A stretch of 64,000 bases of DNA, taken from the sequence record MN445185.1. One strand, written 5' to 3'. Below are positions 16,806 to 26,897 of the stretch, one piece after another. How positions within the stretch are numbered: the stretch's first letter is position 1; every line of letters starts with the position of its first letter. Both the position numbers and the translations under genes were made by a program. The notes under the pieces were generated by a model that made no database searches, had not been told where the DNA came from, and saw nothing but the letters and a program-made list of their open reading frames with translations.

Positions 16806-18659
16806 ATGGTAAAAATCGTTGACTCTAACAACAACGCTCAGCAGAACAACACTCAGACTCAAGACACCGCACCACTGGGCGGTCTGGGCAACGAGACTGT
16901 AAAAGTGCAAACTGCTGTGCCGGGTACTTCTACTGTCAGCCAATTCGATAACGCATTTGGCATCCGCAACATCAGCACCTATGCAATGCACTTCACCAAC
17001 CTCCTGGATGAGCTGAAGAAAAGCAACGAATACCTCAACGCATTCCGCTGGGGCACCATCGTCGGCGTGGGTAACGAAATGGGTTCCGCGGCGTATGTCG
17101 CAGGCCAATGGCAGGGCCACTGGCTGTATGGTATCATCTTCTTTGAACGCGGTCAGTCTCTGCGTCTGAAAGAAACTACCAACAACGGCCAGGAAGACTA
17201 CTACACCATCACTGAACTGTTCAACAAAGACGTGCTGGCAGTAGTACAGAAAAACATCATGGAAGCGCATGGTCTGACCAATGCGAACTTCATGATCATC
17301 AACTCCGTACCAGACCTGGGTAAAGTTCTGGATGCTGAGTGGGCACGTACACTGATGGGTCAGATGATGATGGGCATCTTCGGTCGTATCGCAGGCTACC
17401 TGGGTACGCTGAACCTGCGTAAGCATGACCGTTATCAGGCCGCAGTAATGCCGCTGGAAGATGGTGCGGTTGTTGATGCTAACGGCCACGCACAGCGTGC
17501 TGATTTCGCAATCACCGTTGAGCACAGCCCAAGCAACGTAACCGATGCCACTCCGACTCTGCTGGACACCAATCAGGTACAGGTGTATCCGCGTGTATCC
17601 GGTACCGGTTTCGTCAATATGCGTTTCACCGGTCAGAAGCCTGTCGTTAACGGCGTCTACGACCTGAAACAGCTGCAGGCTGAAATCGTAGTAAGTCTGA
17701 TCGATTCTCAAACTGAAGGTGCAATGGCACCGTATGAACGTCAACTGCTGCTGCTGGCTGCATTTGCAGAAATCGCGGCAATCGGTGGCTGGCGTGACCT
17801 GTTTGTGAAACGTCTGAACAAACAAGATCGCAAGTTCTCCCGTGTGGCAGAATACCTGTCCTGGGGTGCTGACGCTCGTCCTGATGTATCCAAAATCGAC
17901 GGTAGCCGTGAAGCTATCGAAGGTTGCCTGGATATGTTCGCACCGCGTGAAGCAGCACTGGTAGTTAGCCATCGTGCCGGTAACGGCCTGGGTGGTCTGT
18001 CTACTTTGCTGTCTGAAATTGCGGTCGGTTACGACAACTCTCTGAAACAGCTGCTCGCTATTCTGAATTCCATGTCCCCGCGTGATCAGAACGGCGAAGT
18101 TGTTGCAGCGACCAGCTTCACTGCAGTATTTGCTTCTGCACTGAAAGCACAGCTGGGCGATGCCTTCAATGGTACCATCCATTGCAGCCACATCGTGAAA
18201 GCAGCCGTACCGACTGTTTCCGGTGTTTACACCGGTACTGCACAGAAACGTAGCTTCCAGGATATGGACCTGATTTCCGTTGTTACCAAACTGGGTGATA
18301 ACGCGAACGACGTCTATAGCTACCTGAACGCACAGTCCTACAGCCACCGTGAACTGAACGAGCGTCAACAGCGTATCTACATGCTGAAACTGGCCGCTTC
18401 TCTGTTCGCATCCAAAGCACCGCAAGCTACCGGTGAATCTCTGGATATGGCTATCAACCCGATCTTCGGTAAATGCCTGCTGGACTTCGTCCGTAACAAC
18501 TGCACCTGGTCTATGACTGGTGTAAATGCCTACAACACGATGGCGACCTCTCTGTTCTTCAACAACGGTGGGGAAGACTTCACGCTGTCTGGCAACGGCC
18601 TGTCTGCAAGCGGTTCCGATTTCGGTCTGGGCGTGACTCTGAGCAACTTCAAACTGTAA
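16806..18659 (+). CDS. chmA: Chimallin, phage nuclear shell protein
   Basis: 617 aa; lies immediately upstream of the nvRNAP beta' gene as in Chimalliviridae; extreme high-expression codon bias; own terminator; low-complexity N terminus. Assigned by size and synteny, not alignment. Confidence 0.78.
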   Translation: MVKIVDSNNNAQQNNTQTQDTAPLGGLGNETVKVQTAVPGTSTVSQFDNAFGIRNISTYAMHFTNLLDELKKSNEYLNAFRWGTIVGVGNEMGSAAYVAGQWQGHWLYGIIFFERGQSLRLKETTNNGQEDYYTITELFNKDVLAVVQKNIMEAHGLTNANFMIINSVPDLGKVLDAEWARTLMGQMMMGIFGRIAGYLGTLNLRKHDRYQAAVMPLEDGAVVDANGHAQRADFAITVEHSPSNVTDATPTLLDTNQVQVYPRVSGTGFVNMRFTGQKPVVNGVYDLKQLQAEIVVSLIDSQTEGAMAPYERQLLLLAAFAEIAAIGGWRDLFVKRLNKQDRKFSRVAEYLSWGADARPDVSKIDGSREAIEGCLDMFAPREAALVVSHRAGNGLGGLSTLLSEIAVGYDNSLKQLLAILNSMSPRDQNGEVVAATSFTAVFASALKAQLGDAFNGTIHCSHIVKAAVPTVSGVYTGTAQKRSFQDMDLISVVTKLGDNANDVYSYLNAQSYSHRELNERQQRIYMLKLAASLFASKAPQATGESLDMAINPIFGKCLLDFVRNNCTWSMTGVNAYNTMATSLFFNNGGEDFTLSGNGLSASGSDFGLGVTLSNFKL

Positions 18660-18688
18660 TCGAATCGGTTACTGAGTAGTTAGGAAAC

Positions 18689-18727
18689 GGACGGGGGCTA
18701 ACGCCTCCGTCCTTCCCTCTTTTTTTG
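18689..18727 (+). terminator. Intrinsic terminator after chmA
   Basis: GGACGGGGGC-TAAC-GCCTCCGTCC followed by T-rich tract. Confidence 0.85.
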
Positions 18728-18741
18728 TTGAGGTTGACAGT

Positions 18742-20109
18742 GTGAGAAAGGTACCAAAATTCTACGGAATATCCGGCCGGTTGGTTAGTCAGGATAACTA
18801 TTTGTCCGATTTGCAAATAGAAGCTGCTGCCAAAGGTATTAAACCACCCACTATTATTAACGATGTCGCCGTTAACGGGGATGCGATCGAGGTTGCTGAA
18901 CTTATCGATCGCATGGTACAGAACAGAATCGTTGACGAAGAACTGAACTCTGCACCGATTTGTAGTTTGGATTGTCCGGCACCGATCGCGCATCGTTACA
19001 ATCTCGGTTGTAAGTGTCCGACGTGTGGCTATGTTGTAACTGAACATCGAATTGAATCCGATGTCTGGTTACGTGCACCTGATGAAATGGGTAACTTCGT
19101 CAACCCACGATTCTGGGCAATGTTCAATGCTTTCTTTAATAGCAAGTTGAAGAAGTTTGAACGTAACAAGGTCACTATCGAACGCGGTAATGACTTGATG
19201 ATGTGGATGATTGACCCGTATTACCGTATAGAAGAACCAGACGGTAAACGCGCACATGCTGTGAAACGTGTATTGGAAGAACATGGTTTCGTTCGTGGCT
19301 TGCGCAATCTGGTTGATAACCACGTTAGTATCTTTAACATCCTTACCACGCCAGAAGCCTGGAAGGAAATCTTCGCACCTAATCGGCATAACGCCGCTGA
19401 AGGTGAACGCTTACGTTTACAATGGAAGGAGCTATTCGAAACGCAACGACACGCATTCTTCCCAAGACACTTACCGCTAATCTCCTCTAAACTTATCGTT
19501 ACTGAGGAAGGTCGTCGTGGTGTCATGGTAGACCCAGTGTTCACGGGTGCTATTGATGCGGTGAAAAATATCGCGTTGCTCTATACGCGGCGTAAAGCGA
19601 TCGAACCACGTTTTCTGATTAGTCGTGCTTTGAAAGCGAACCGTCAGTTAACGTACTTCCACATGGACTTCCGTCGTGAGTCTATGGAAGGTAAACCGGG
19701 TGACTATCGTGCGAAATTGGGTTCTACCCACATCCCGTTCGGTGGTCGTGCAACCATCTCACCTATCTCAGAACCACATGATGCCTGGAAGTTAAAAGCA
19801 CCATGGCGTTGGATGGTTGGGTTGATGTCGACCCACATCGAGAACAAACTGCTACGACGCGGTTATTCGTCACGGCAGTGTGAACGTATCGTTGCGAAAG
19901 CGGCAATGCAGTATGACCCGCTTGTAGATGAAATCTTTAAAGAACTGATTCGTGAATCCCCAGGCGGTCTTGGGATCATGGTCATACCGCTACGTAACCC
20001 AACGCTGGTACAGTTGTCTATTCAAACGCTGTACATCGATGAAGTTGTTACCGATGTTAACCAGTGTTCGCTGCGTATCTCTGACCGTGTGATCAAGATG
20101 GCTAACGGT
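18742..20109 (+). CDS. Non-virion RNAP beta' N-terminal subunit (phiKZ gp55-like), exon 1
   Basis: Zn-binding C-x3-C...CKCPTC; GKPGDYRAKLGS..GGRATI; RNPTL; ends MANG at the 5' splice site. Confidence 0.92.
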
Positions 20110-20465
20110 TCGAAAAGAGCCCCATCGGACGGGAAACCTCTGATGCGTATTCTCCTGAAATGCTGGGAAACCCTAAAGCGTATCTACCAGAAATGGGGAC
20201 GAAAGTCTGAAACAACAGATACGATGGCCTACGCTAAACAATACTGCTAACGGTTGTGATAATGGGTAATCAGCAGCGAAGCCTCGTGAGAGGAACGTTC
20301 AACGACTATCGCTGAAATGCGAGTAGGGGTCCCAGTGGACTTCGAAGTGGGAGAACACCTAAGGCGATAGCTATGGTGAAGATATAGTCTGTGCCTTATC
20401 GAGAGATAAGGAGGGTGTCTTAGCACACCTGCTGTATACGGAAACGGTATACGGTGGACAAACAG
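20110..20465 (+). mobile_element. Group I intron (IA-type core), 356 nt, no homing endonuclease
   Basis: P AAATGCTGGGAAA (20158-70); Q AATCAGCAG (20268-76); R TTCAACGACTAT (20298-309); S AAGATATAGTC (20379-89); P7 GACTA/TAGTC; P3 TTCTCC/GGAGAA; P1 with U-G pair at 5' splice site; terminal G at 20465. Confidence 0.93.
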
Positions 20466-20693
20466 GATTTCGATGGCGACCAGTTCCAGGTACGTTTACC
20501 AGTCGATGAAACTGAGATGAAGTTGGCGCTCCAATTCCGTCCAGATAACGGCTTTATGTCTTCTACTGATGTGGACCGCGTAGAACACGGCATGGTTTTA
20601 CATAACGAGCTAATCAGTATGCAGAACCAGTTCCTTATTGAAGCAGATGAGGATGATGAAGAAGGCATTCCGTTGGAAGCGGTGATGGGCTAA
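20466..20693 (+). CDS. Non-virion RNAP beta' N-terminal subunit, exon 2
   Basis: Begins GAT TTC GAT GGC GAC (DFDGD); splicing restores NGDFDGD in a 531-aa protein. Confidence 0.92.
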   Translation, partial: DFDGDQFQVRLPVDETEMKLALQFRPDNGFMSSTDVDRVEHGMVLHNELISMQNQFLIEADEDDEEGIPLEAVMG

Positions 20694-20706
20694 TAGGAGT
20701 ATTGTA

Positions 20707-21288
20707 ATGTGGCTACAAGGTAGCACGGTGTGGACGAAACAGACCGAAGGTAGCGGGGCACTCAGCGTATTCAAAGAATCGTTTTCGCTGTCTAGCCTGG
20801 CACCCGATCTCGTTGACCGTGTAAAAGAACATTGTCAGGACTTAATCTCACTGGAGCGTTTCCGTGAAACATTCAGTACCGCACGTAAATTACGTTATAG
20901 CGATGCGGTAGAGATGGTAAGACAGATCGAAGAGTTGGGTGAATTCCAGTTCGCCAATGCTGCTTTACAGCCATTCCTCGTTGCCATGCCGGAATATCGT
21001 AAGTTGTATAATGACGGTATGGCGACTGGTTATGAGAACGGCTTTTCGCGGTTGGATGTGTTCAAAGGCAATGCGTATATGCGTACCGATGACCACTTCC
21101 GCGAAGCAACATCGGGCATTTCGACGAAGTACGACGAAGATAAGATTTGGCAATGGGCTACCAATGAAGATCGTGCAGTACGACTGAGTCGAATCGATAA
21201 AGTGGATATTCAACTTAACTGGGCACGCATGTCAGCTTTCGACTGGGAAGATGGTGATCCCTGTTCGGAACTTGGCGCGACGTGTTAA
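20707..21288 (+). CDS. Conserved hypothetical protein
   Basis: 193 aa, SD AGGAG. Confidence 0.85.
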   Translation: MWLQGSTVWTKQTEGSGALSVFKESFSLSSLAPDLVDRVKEHCQDLISLERFRETFSTARKLRYSDAVEMVRQIEELGEFQFANAALQPFLVAMPEYRKLYNDGMATGYENGFSRLDVFKGNAYMRTDDHFREATSGISTKYDEDKIWQWATNEDRAVRLSRIDKVDIQLNWARMSAFDWEDGDPCSELGATC

Positions 21289-21320
21289 AAAAGATGGGGC
21301 TTCGGCCCCTCTTTTTTTCT
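21288..21320 (+). terminator. Intrinsic terminator
   Basis: GGGGC-TTCG-GCCCC followed by T tract. Confidence 0.85.
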
Positions 21321-21370
21321 TCACTGGGGGCTGTATGCAGCATCCTACCTTGAATTTGACAGGAGCTAAC

Positions 21371-21757
21371 ATGATTGCGGTAGGAACCTTATCCACACGT
21401 GGCTGGGCACGTACACCCCAGGAAAAGGCGCGTGAGCTGATGAACCATTACACCGAGTCTGGCTATAGCCAATCGGTGGTTTATCGTGGGAACATTAAAT
21501 CACTTGCGTATACGCAAGCTGTGTTTGCACAAGATCCCGACGGGATGGTTGCCCAGATTAAAATGGATTTGGAGAACCTCTACGGGAACGTATTTCCTGC
21601 TGGCGTTGAAGTTGAAACCAGCTGGGAGTTTTTAAAAGATTCAGATGTACGTTACCGCATCTTCATTAGTGTCCGTGTGCAAGAAGTTGTAGACGGTGAA
21701 TGGTACGATGTTGAGCGGTACGTGGATACCGAGTCGAGTGCGATTGAGGATATGTAA
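21371..21757 (+). CDS. Conserved probable virion protein (SPN3US gp25 position)
   Basis: ATG 21371 after AGGAG; TATG at 21334-37. Confidence 0.8.
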   Translation: MIAVGTLSTRGWARTPQEKARELMNHYTESGYSQSVVYRGNIKSLAYTQAVFAQDPDGMVAQIKMDLENLYGNVFPAGVEVETSWEFLKDSDVRYRIFISVRVQEVVDGEWYDVERYVDTESSAIEDM

Positions 21758-22431
21758 TGAGCCAGGAACCTACATTTAACGGTGTACCGTTAAGTCAGAT
21801 GAATGAGCAGATGCGCTTTGAGTATAACAAACTCAAAGAGATTGAAAAGGATTTGGCGGAAAGCCAGAACGTCTGTAGTGTCTTCACCGAAGCACAGTTC
21901 CGTCGACAGGGCTTACCACTGCTGTCCGGGATGCTGGATGGTACTTTTAACGAAGAGACCTGGACGGCTTACGTAGGAAGTCCATTTGTACCCCTACAGA
22001 TTGTGGACGATGCTGATAACAGCAAACTGCTATTTACCATCCCTGCTCTGTTGAACACCGGTCGCTCGTTAATCACCGTTGACGGCGAACCCTCCCTCTC
22101 CGATGAGACTGAGTACATCCGTCGTCAGGTTGATGTGATTGCAACCGTCGGTGAAACCCAGATGTACAAGATGATCGATTACACCTTAACCGGGATCGAA
22201 AATATGTCTCTGGCTGAAAATTCAGTTCGTGCGAAGTACATTATTGACTTGCTGAACTGGATTTTCCGACGCTACGGCGTGGGCGGTCAATTGCCGTATC
22301 CGGAAGGGTTGGTTGAATACGTCGATAAAATTACTGGCGGTAAAAACACAGCGACAGCTGCAGAGACCTCGGTGCAAGCCCCAGCTCAAACGCAGCCAAT
22401 CGTAGGGATCGGTGATGGAGAAGATTACTAA
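21757..22431 (+). CDS. Conserved hypothetical protein
   Basis: 224 aa, TAATG coupling. Confidence 0.85.
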   Translation: MSQEPTFNGVPLSQMNEQMRFEYNKLKEIEKDLAESQNVCSVFTEAQFRRQGLPLLSGMLDGTFNEETWTAYVGSPFVPLQIVDDADNSKLLFTIPALLNTGRSLITVDGEPSLSDETEYIRRQVDVIATVGETQMYKMIDYTLTGIENMSLAENSVRAKYIIDLLNWIFRRYGVGGQLPYPEGLVEYVDKITGGKNTATAAETSVQAPAQTQPIVGIGDGEDY

Positions 22432-23563
22432 ACCTCCTAAAAAACCAGAAGGTGTTAAGCGCCTTTTGAACACTAACGATATCCATTTGTTGCATAAACG
22501 TGTGCCCACTTGGCACATCGTGGATGTGATACGTGAGGTACTCATTAGCTGCGAAAATACGCTTGACGCCTTTTATATAGCAGGGGATTTATTTGATGAT
22601 TCCCGACATCTTCGCCAGGAAGATTCTCAAGAAGCTGTGGGCTTCTTGACGTGGTTGCTCCAGTGGTCTAAGGCCACTAATACCGCAGTTCGCATCGTTG
22701 AGGGAACACCGTCCCATGACCACGGCCAGTCCAAAATAGTTGAGTCGCTGAACATCAGTATAGGCGCAGACTGTTTGTATTTGGCAGGGATCGGGATATT
22801 TTACGATCCGGCTCTCGATGCGATGGTAGGTTGGGTGCAGGACGAATATAAAGCTGCTGGCGTCGATGAAATTAATGCTGCTGCCACTGAGGCAGAAATG
22901 GCAGAACTGATGGCGACACGAGGCTTGGAGAAGTTAGACTTTATCTTCATGCACGGCTGCTTCCAGTTTCAACTCCCTGTCGAGTCCCCTCGTTCTTTCC
23001 ACGAGGAGTTCTGGTTGCCGAGAGTCAAGCACCTGATATTTATCGGGCACGACCATCGACCTAAAGAATTAGACAAGATAAGAGTTGTAGGTAGTCCTGA
23101 GCGACTATCTCAAGGTGAAGAGGAGGACAAAGGCGTAGCTCTTGTCGATTTCACCGATACGGTTGCCAGGGACTATTTCCTGGTTAACCCACGCGCGTGC
23201 CCGCAGAAAAAGATTCGGGCACAGGAAGACTTTGATGCGCAGTTAGCAGCTTGTCTTTCTGCATTAGAATACATCGACAATCATCCCTCGTCCGCTATTG
23301 GGCGATTTGAAGTCGAGTATTACGCAGGTTCACCGATGGCCGAATACGTCAGTCGGTGGAAAAAAGAATACACGTTCCACATATCTGGAGAACGTGTGCG
23401 CTCCTCTGAAGAAGAGGAGTTGTTAGTGAAGAGTTTTTCGAACGAAGCCCCAGTGTACGAAAAACCTACTCCTGAGAACTTCGAACGGTTGGTTCTCGAA
23501 GAGCTAACATCAGTGAAGTACGACCCTGATGTTGTTACTGCAATCATTAGGAAAATAGAATGA
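22412..23563 (+). CDS. SbcD/Mre11-like metallophosphoesterase nuclease
   Basis: Motifs NDIH, AGDLFD, GTPSHD, FMHG and GHDH. Confidence 0.88.
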   Translation: MMEKITKPPKKPEGVKRLLNTNDIHLLHKRVPTWHIVDVIREVLISCENTLDAFYIAGDLFDDSRHLRQEDSQEAVGFLTWLLQWSKATNTAVRIVEGTPSHDHGQSKIVESLNISIGADCLYLAGIGIFYDPALDAMVGWVQDEYKAAGVDEINAAATEAEMAELMATRGLEKLDFIFMHGCFQFQLPVESPRSFHEEFWLPRVKHLIFIGHDHRPKELDKIRVVGSPERLSQGEEEDKGVALVDFTDTVARDYFLVNPRACPQKKIRAQEDFDAQLAACLSALEYIDNHPSSAIGRFEVEYYAGSPMAEYVSRWKKEYTFHISGERVRSSEEEELLVKSFSNEAPVYEKPTPENFERLVLEELTSVKYDPDVVTAIIRKIE

Positions 23564-24396
23564 ATCCAATCAGTGTTGATCGCACTTTCGGGTTCTATTC
23601 AGTGTCAATCGCCAGTTCGCTGGCGTTTGAAGGTCTGCTGCATACCGGCGAATACGCCGACTGGAAAGGCGAATTGCCTATCCATTCCTATCAGGAAATA
23701 TACCTGAATCTCCGGACATTGTTCCGTAACGCCTTCTATGCGTTTGAAGAGAATAGAGAACGGTTAACACCCGACGTGATGCTAACATCGATTGAAGAAG
23801 ATATTAATAATCTTACGGCTACCGCGAGAGCGGTAGCCCCTTCGGTGTTATGCGTTCCGTACCTTTGTAGCTATCGTAGCGCTAACAAAGTGTTTCCCGA
23901 AGCCTCGTTCAAAAACATTGCAGGCGGTCAGGATAAGATGACGCCAAACCAGCTGCACTATAATGCACTGGAACACGACACCTTAAAAATGTACGGTGAG
24001 AAACACGAAAATGACTTCCGTCAATTCGATGTTTTCCCAGAGGGTAGCCGCGACACACTGTTACTGACCCACATGCCAGCTGATCTCCTGGCACGTAAAG
24101 ATTTCCCTAAACTGGGTTTGTTGGAATCGCACACCGGTAAAGTGAAAACACAACTGGAGTGGTACACCAAACTTAACGGGAAACCCCAACATATTCCGTT
24201 TAACAAAGCGTTCCTGACGTTGTTTGGCGACGGGATAATGTTTTCACCCCTCGATCGCAAAACGCGTGGGGTGGTGTTAAAAACCGCAGAGAAGTACAGC
24301 TGGAAACAGGATACCACAATGGACCGTATTTATAACTGTCTAAAACTGGTGAATGAGCCATTTGTAATTGAACTGCTCCGCAGGCTTATGAAGTAA
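23560..24396 (+). CDS. Conserved Chimalliviridae protein, possibly nuclease-related
   Basis: 278 aa in the conserved block between the SbcD-like and ChmC-like genes. Confidence 0.8.
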   Translation: MNPISVDRTFGFYSVSIASSLAFEGLLHTGEYADWKGELPIHSYQEIYLNLRTLFRNAFYAFEENRERLTPDVMLTSIEEDINNLTATARAVAPSVLCVPYLCSYRSANKVFPEASFKNIAGGQDKMTPNQLHYNALEHDTLKMYGEKHENDFRQFDVFPEGSRDTLLLTHMPADLLARKDFPKLGLLESHTGKVKTQLEWYTKLNGKPQHIPFNKAFLTLFGDGIMFSPLDRKTRGVVLKTAEKYSWKQDTTMDRIYNCLKLVNEPFVIELLRRLMK

Positions 24397-24461
24397 GTTA
24401 AAATTTACGTTAGTGGGACATCATGTGTGAACCACTAGACTGCTTTTCCGAAAAGGATGAA

Positions 24462-25115
24462 ATGATGATTAACCAAGAAATTTTCAAAGACAAATGGCTT
24501 TACCCGCAGACCGAACCGGATCAGCAAAACCGTACGCGTAAACTCAACATCGAACCGAATGATTTCAACGGTGATGTTGAAACTATGAAGTTTAGCTACT
24601 CCTTTGGTAAGGGCGAAGGTCTCTATTTCTCTGCGCCGATTACGGTTTGCCGTACCATTATCGAAGCTCTGCAGGATTGTCTGCGTAAGAGCGAAAAGAG
24701 TATGCTGAAGTTTACTAACGAAAACGGCAACAAACCGCCCGTTAGTCTGATTGTTGGCCGTGAAGACAACCTGGTACCGTTCATCGCTATTGCCGGTGAA
24801 ATCCAGGGCGTTGGTGCCCGCCAGAAGAAGTTCTACTTCTCCTACCCGAAAGGTTTCCGTATTTTCCGCGACGGCCAGCAGGTTTCTGATTTAGAACTTG
24901 CTGAGCGCTGTGCACGTGCGTTTATCACTAACTTCGAGAAGTTCTTACAGAACCTGGAAGAGAAATATAAGCCGCGTGAATTCCAGCAAGGTGGTGGTAG
25001 CTTCGGTCGTGGCGGATACGGCGGTGGCCAGGGTGGCGGTCAGCGTAGCGGCGGTTATCAACAGCAACAATCTGCACCTCCAGCAACCACTGATTCTTAC
25101 GACGAATTCCTCTAA
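24462..25115 (+). CDS. Single-stranded nucleic acid-binding protein, ChmC/phiKZ gp67-like
   Basis: G/Q/RGG-rich tail and acidic end (SYDEFL); directly upstream of the gp68-like gene; start after AAGGA. Confidence 0.65.
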   Translation: MMINQEIFKDKWLYPQTEPDQQNRTRKLNIEPNDFNGDVETMKFSYSFGKGEGLYFSAPITVCRTIIEALQDCLRKSEKSMLKFTNENGNKPPVSLIVGREDNLVPFIAIAGEIQGVGARQKKFYFSYPKGFRIFRDGQQVSDLELAERCARAFITNFEKFLQNLEEKYKPREFQQGGGSFGRGGYGGGQGGGQRSGGYQQQQSAPPATTDSYDEFL

Positions 25116-25201
25116 GAAACAAAATAAAAAATACGCCCAAGGGAAACCTTGGGCTATTAACGCTTATGCGTGGTCCTGCAACACACACTGTAAGAAGATT
25201 G

Positions 25202-25216
25202 AGATAGATATTATCT
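25202..25216 (+). promoter_or_regulatory. Putative early promoter motif
   Basis: AGATAGATATTATCT. Confidence 0.65.
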
Positions 25217-25250
25217 CAGTGCAATCGACTATTCGCGGAGTTCAACTATA

Positions 25251-26885
25251 ATGAAAATTACGAAGATTAAAGACCGGATGACAATCGAGCATCACGGTCA
25301 AGAGGTCTCATTTATTGGCTTACGTTATCGGAAGGATAACAACGCACCCGACTACATCACTGTTAAAGGTAAACAGATTGCACGCGACAACATTCTCTTC
25401 ATGGAATTACAACGCGTGTGGGATTATTTAACGCCAGACGAACAAGATGAACTGTTCATGGCGTATCTGATGCTGGACGAGCTGGCAAACGAATCGACGG
25501 AAACGCAGCGTAAGCACATGCCGAAGATTGTGCAGACGATTGCGAAGTTCCACAAGGCCGAAGTGTATCGTAAGCTGTATCCCATCGATAAGCTGTGGAT
25601 TCCGCAGAACATGGAAGATACGCACGATGAAATGAACAGTAATTATCCGGAAGCGATGACGTACATTCGTCCGGACTATTACGAGTTGTTGATACTGGTC
25701 CTGATGATTAAACCGTATATTCCGGTGTTCCTTACCATGGGGACGTTCCCGATAGGTAAGAACTTGCCAATCGAAACACATCGGAAAATGGTGTACAATC
25801 TGACATACTGTCTGGAGATGCTTCAAGACACAGAAGTCATGTCTTTACCTGCTATTCCGAAACTGCGTGGGTTCCTACAGACAGTGATGGAAAAGGTAGA
25901 AAAAGAACTGGCAAACAAAGGTACGAACAGCACCAGTTTGTCGGTACTGGCTACGGTGCGGGGCTATGGCACGGATATGATGGAAGATTATATCCTGGCG
26001 TATGCTATTATTAAATTGTTGGCTGTCCGTGAAGTCGGTGGTGAATTACCGGTTGAAATCATGGTTAACAACAATATCGTCACCGGCATGTATTTTCTGG
26101 TTAAACAAGAGATTGAAACAGGTTTTGCAAACAAAATCTCTAACCAGCCGGTGCTGTTGAAAGCGCATCCAGAAAGTGTGGTATTCAATGGCGAAAAGGG
26201 CAAGATAAACGCCATGGATTTGGTGCAGGCACGTTCTCCTGCCCAGATGAAAGAATACGTCCGTACCGAGTACGTATTTAAAGAATACCGCTCTTTCTTG
26301 AAAACAATGCGTCTGGATAATGCCGCTCCAGCAGATGTTAAGTTATTGATTGATTCGCAACTGGCAACACACGACGGTCCTGTCTATACATTGCACGAAT
26401 GGTTAGTCGCATTAGCACTCCATCGTAGCGCGCATTATAAGACGTATACTGAATGTGGACCAGAAGCGTTTCGCTACGGTATGGCGTTGGCGCAGGCAAC
26501 TTATCTCAATTATGGAATGTATGACGTTGCGCAACTGTTAAGTTGCAATATGGTGCGTTCTGAGATGTCTGCCGGTTATGCAGCCGATCCAATTCGATCT
26601 GAACTCAAAGCAGATTTAGATAGATATTATCTTCAGGAGTATCGCAACCCGCGTAATCTCGAACCGCAATCTACACCACGGGAATCACTGACCTTGTTAC
26701 ACAAGGATCACATCAACCCGTATCTGTTCCATCTCAGGGCTACACCAGAAGCAGCTGCGCTGCTGAAGTGTGAGACGGATCAGCCAAACTATATACCTCA
26801 CTTGTCACTGCACAATAGCCTGGCGGAGTTTATGGTGTTGAATGCACGTCGCAAGTTAGAAGAAGTTGAATGGTTTAATTCTTAA
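25251..26885 (+). CDS. nvRNAP promoter-specificity subunit (phiKZ gp68-like)
   Basis: 544 aa; position in the gp67-68-69-70-71-74-75 block; synteny only. Confidence 0.65.
   Translation: MKITKIKDRMTIEHHGQEVSFIGLRYRKDNNAPDYITVKGKQIARDNILFMELQRVWDYLTPDEQDELFMAYLMLDELANESTETQRKHMPKIVQTIAKFHKAEVYRKLYPIDKLWIPQNMEDTHDEMNSNYPEAMTYIRPDYYELLILVLMIKPYIPVFLTMGTFPIGKNLPIETHRKMVYNLTYCLEMLQDTEVMSLPAIPKLRGFLQTVMEKVEKELANKGTNSTSLSVLATVRGYGTDMMEDYILAYAIIKLLAVREVGGELPVEIMVNNNIVTGMYFLVKQEIETGFANKISNQPVLLKAHPESVVFNGEKGKINAMDLVQARSPAQMKEYVRTEYVFKEYRSFLKTMRLDNAAPADVKLLIDSQLATHDGPVYTLHEWLVALALHRSAHYKTYTECGPEAFRYGMALAQATYLNYGMYDVAQLLSCNMVRSEMSAGYAADPIRSELKADLDRYYLQEYRNPRNLEPQSTPRESLTLLHKDHINPYLFHLRATPEAAALLKCETDQPNYIPHLSLHNSLAEFMVLNARRKLEEVEWFNS
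26618..26632 (+). promoter_or_regulatory. Putative early promoter motif inside a CDS
   Basis: Exact AGATAGATATTATCT about 270 nt upstream of the PicA-like gene. Confidence 0.5.
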
Positions 26886-26897
26886 GGAGTATTTAAA

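Noticed and set aside
16695-18425. 576-aa minus-strand ORF opposite chmA
   Set aside because: Shadow ORF expected from the strong codon bias of chmA; no SD and no protein-like motifs. The same applies to antisense ORFs over the polymerase, RNAP and head genes.
20110-20250. C-terminal 46 aa of the 502-aa ORF, and GTG start 20454
   Set aside because: Both are intron sequence; the spliced model restores the catalytic motif
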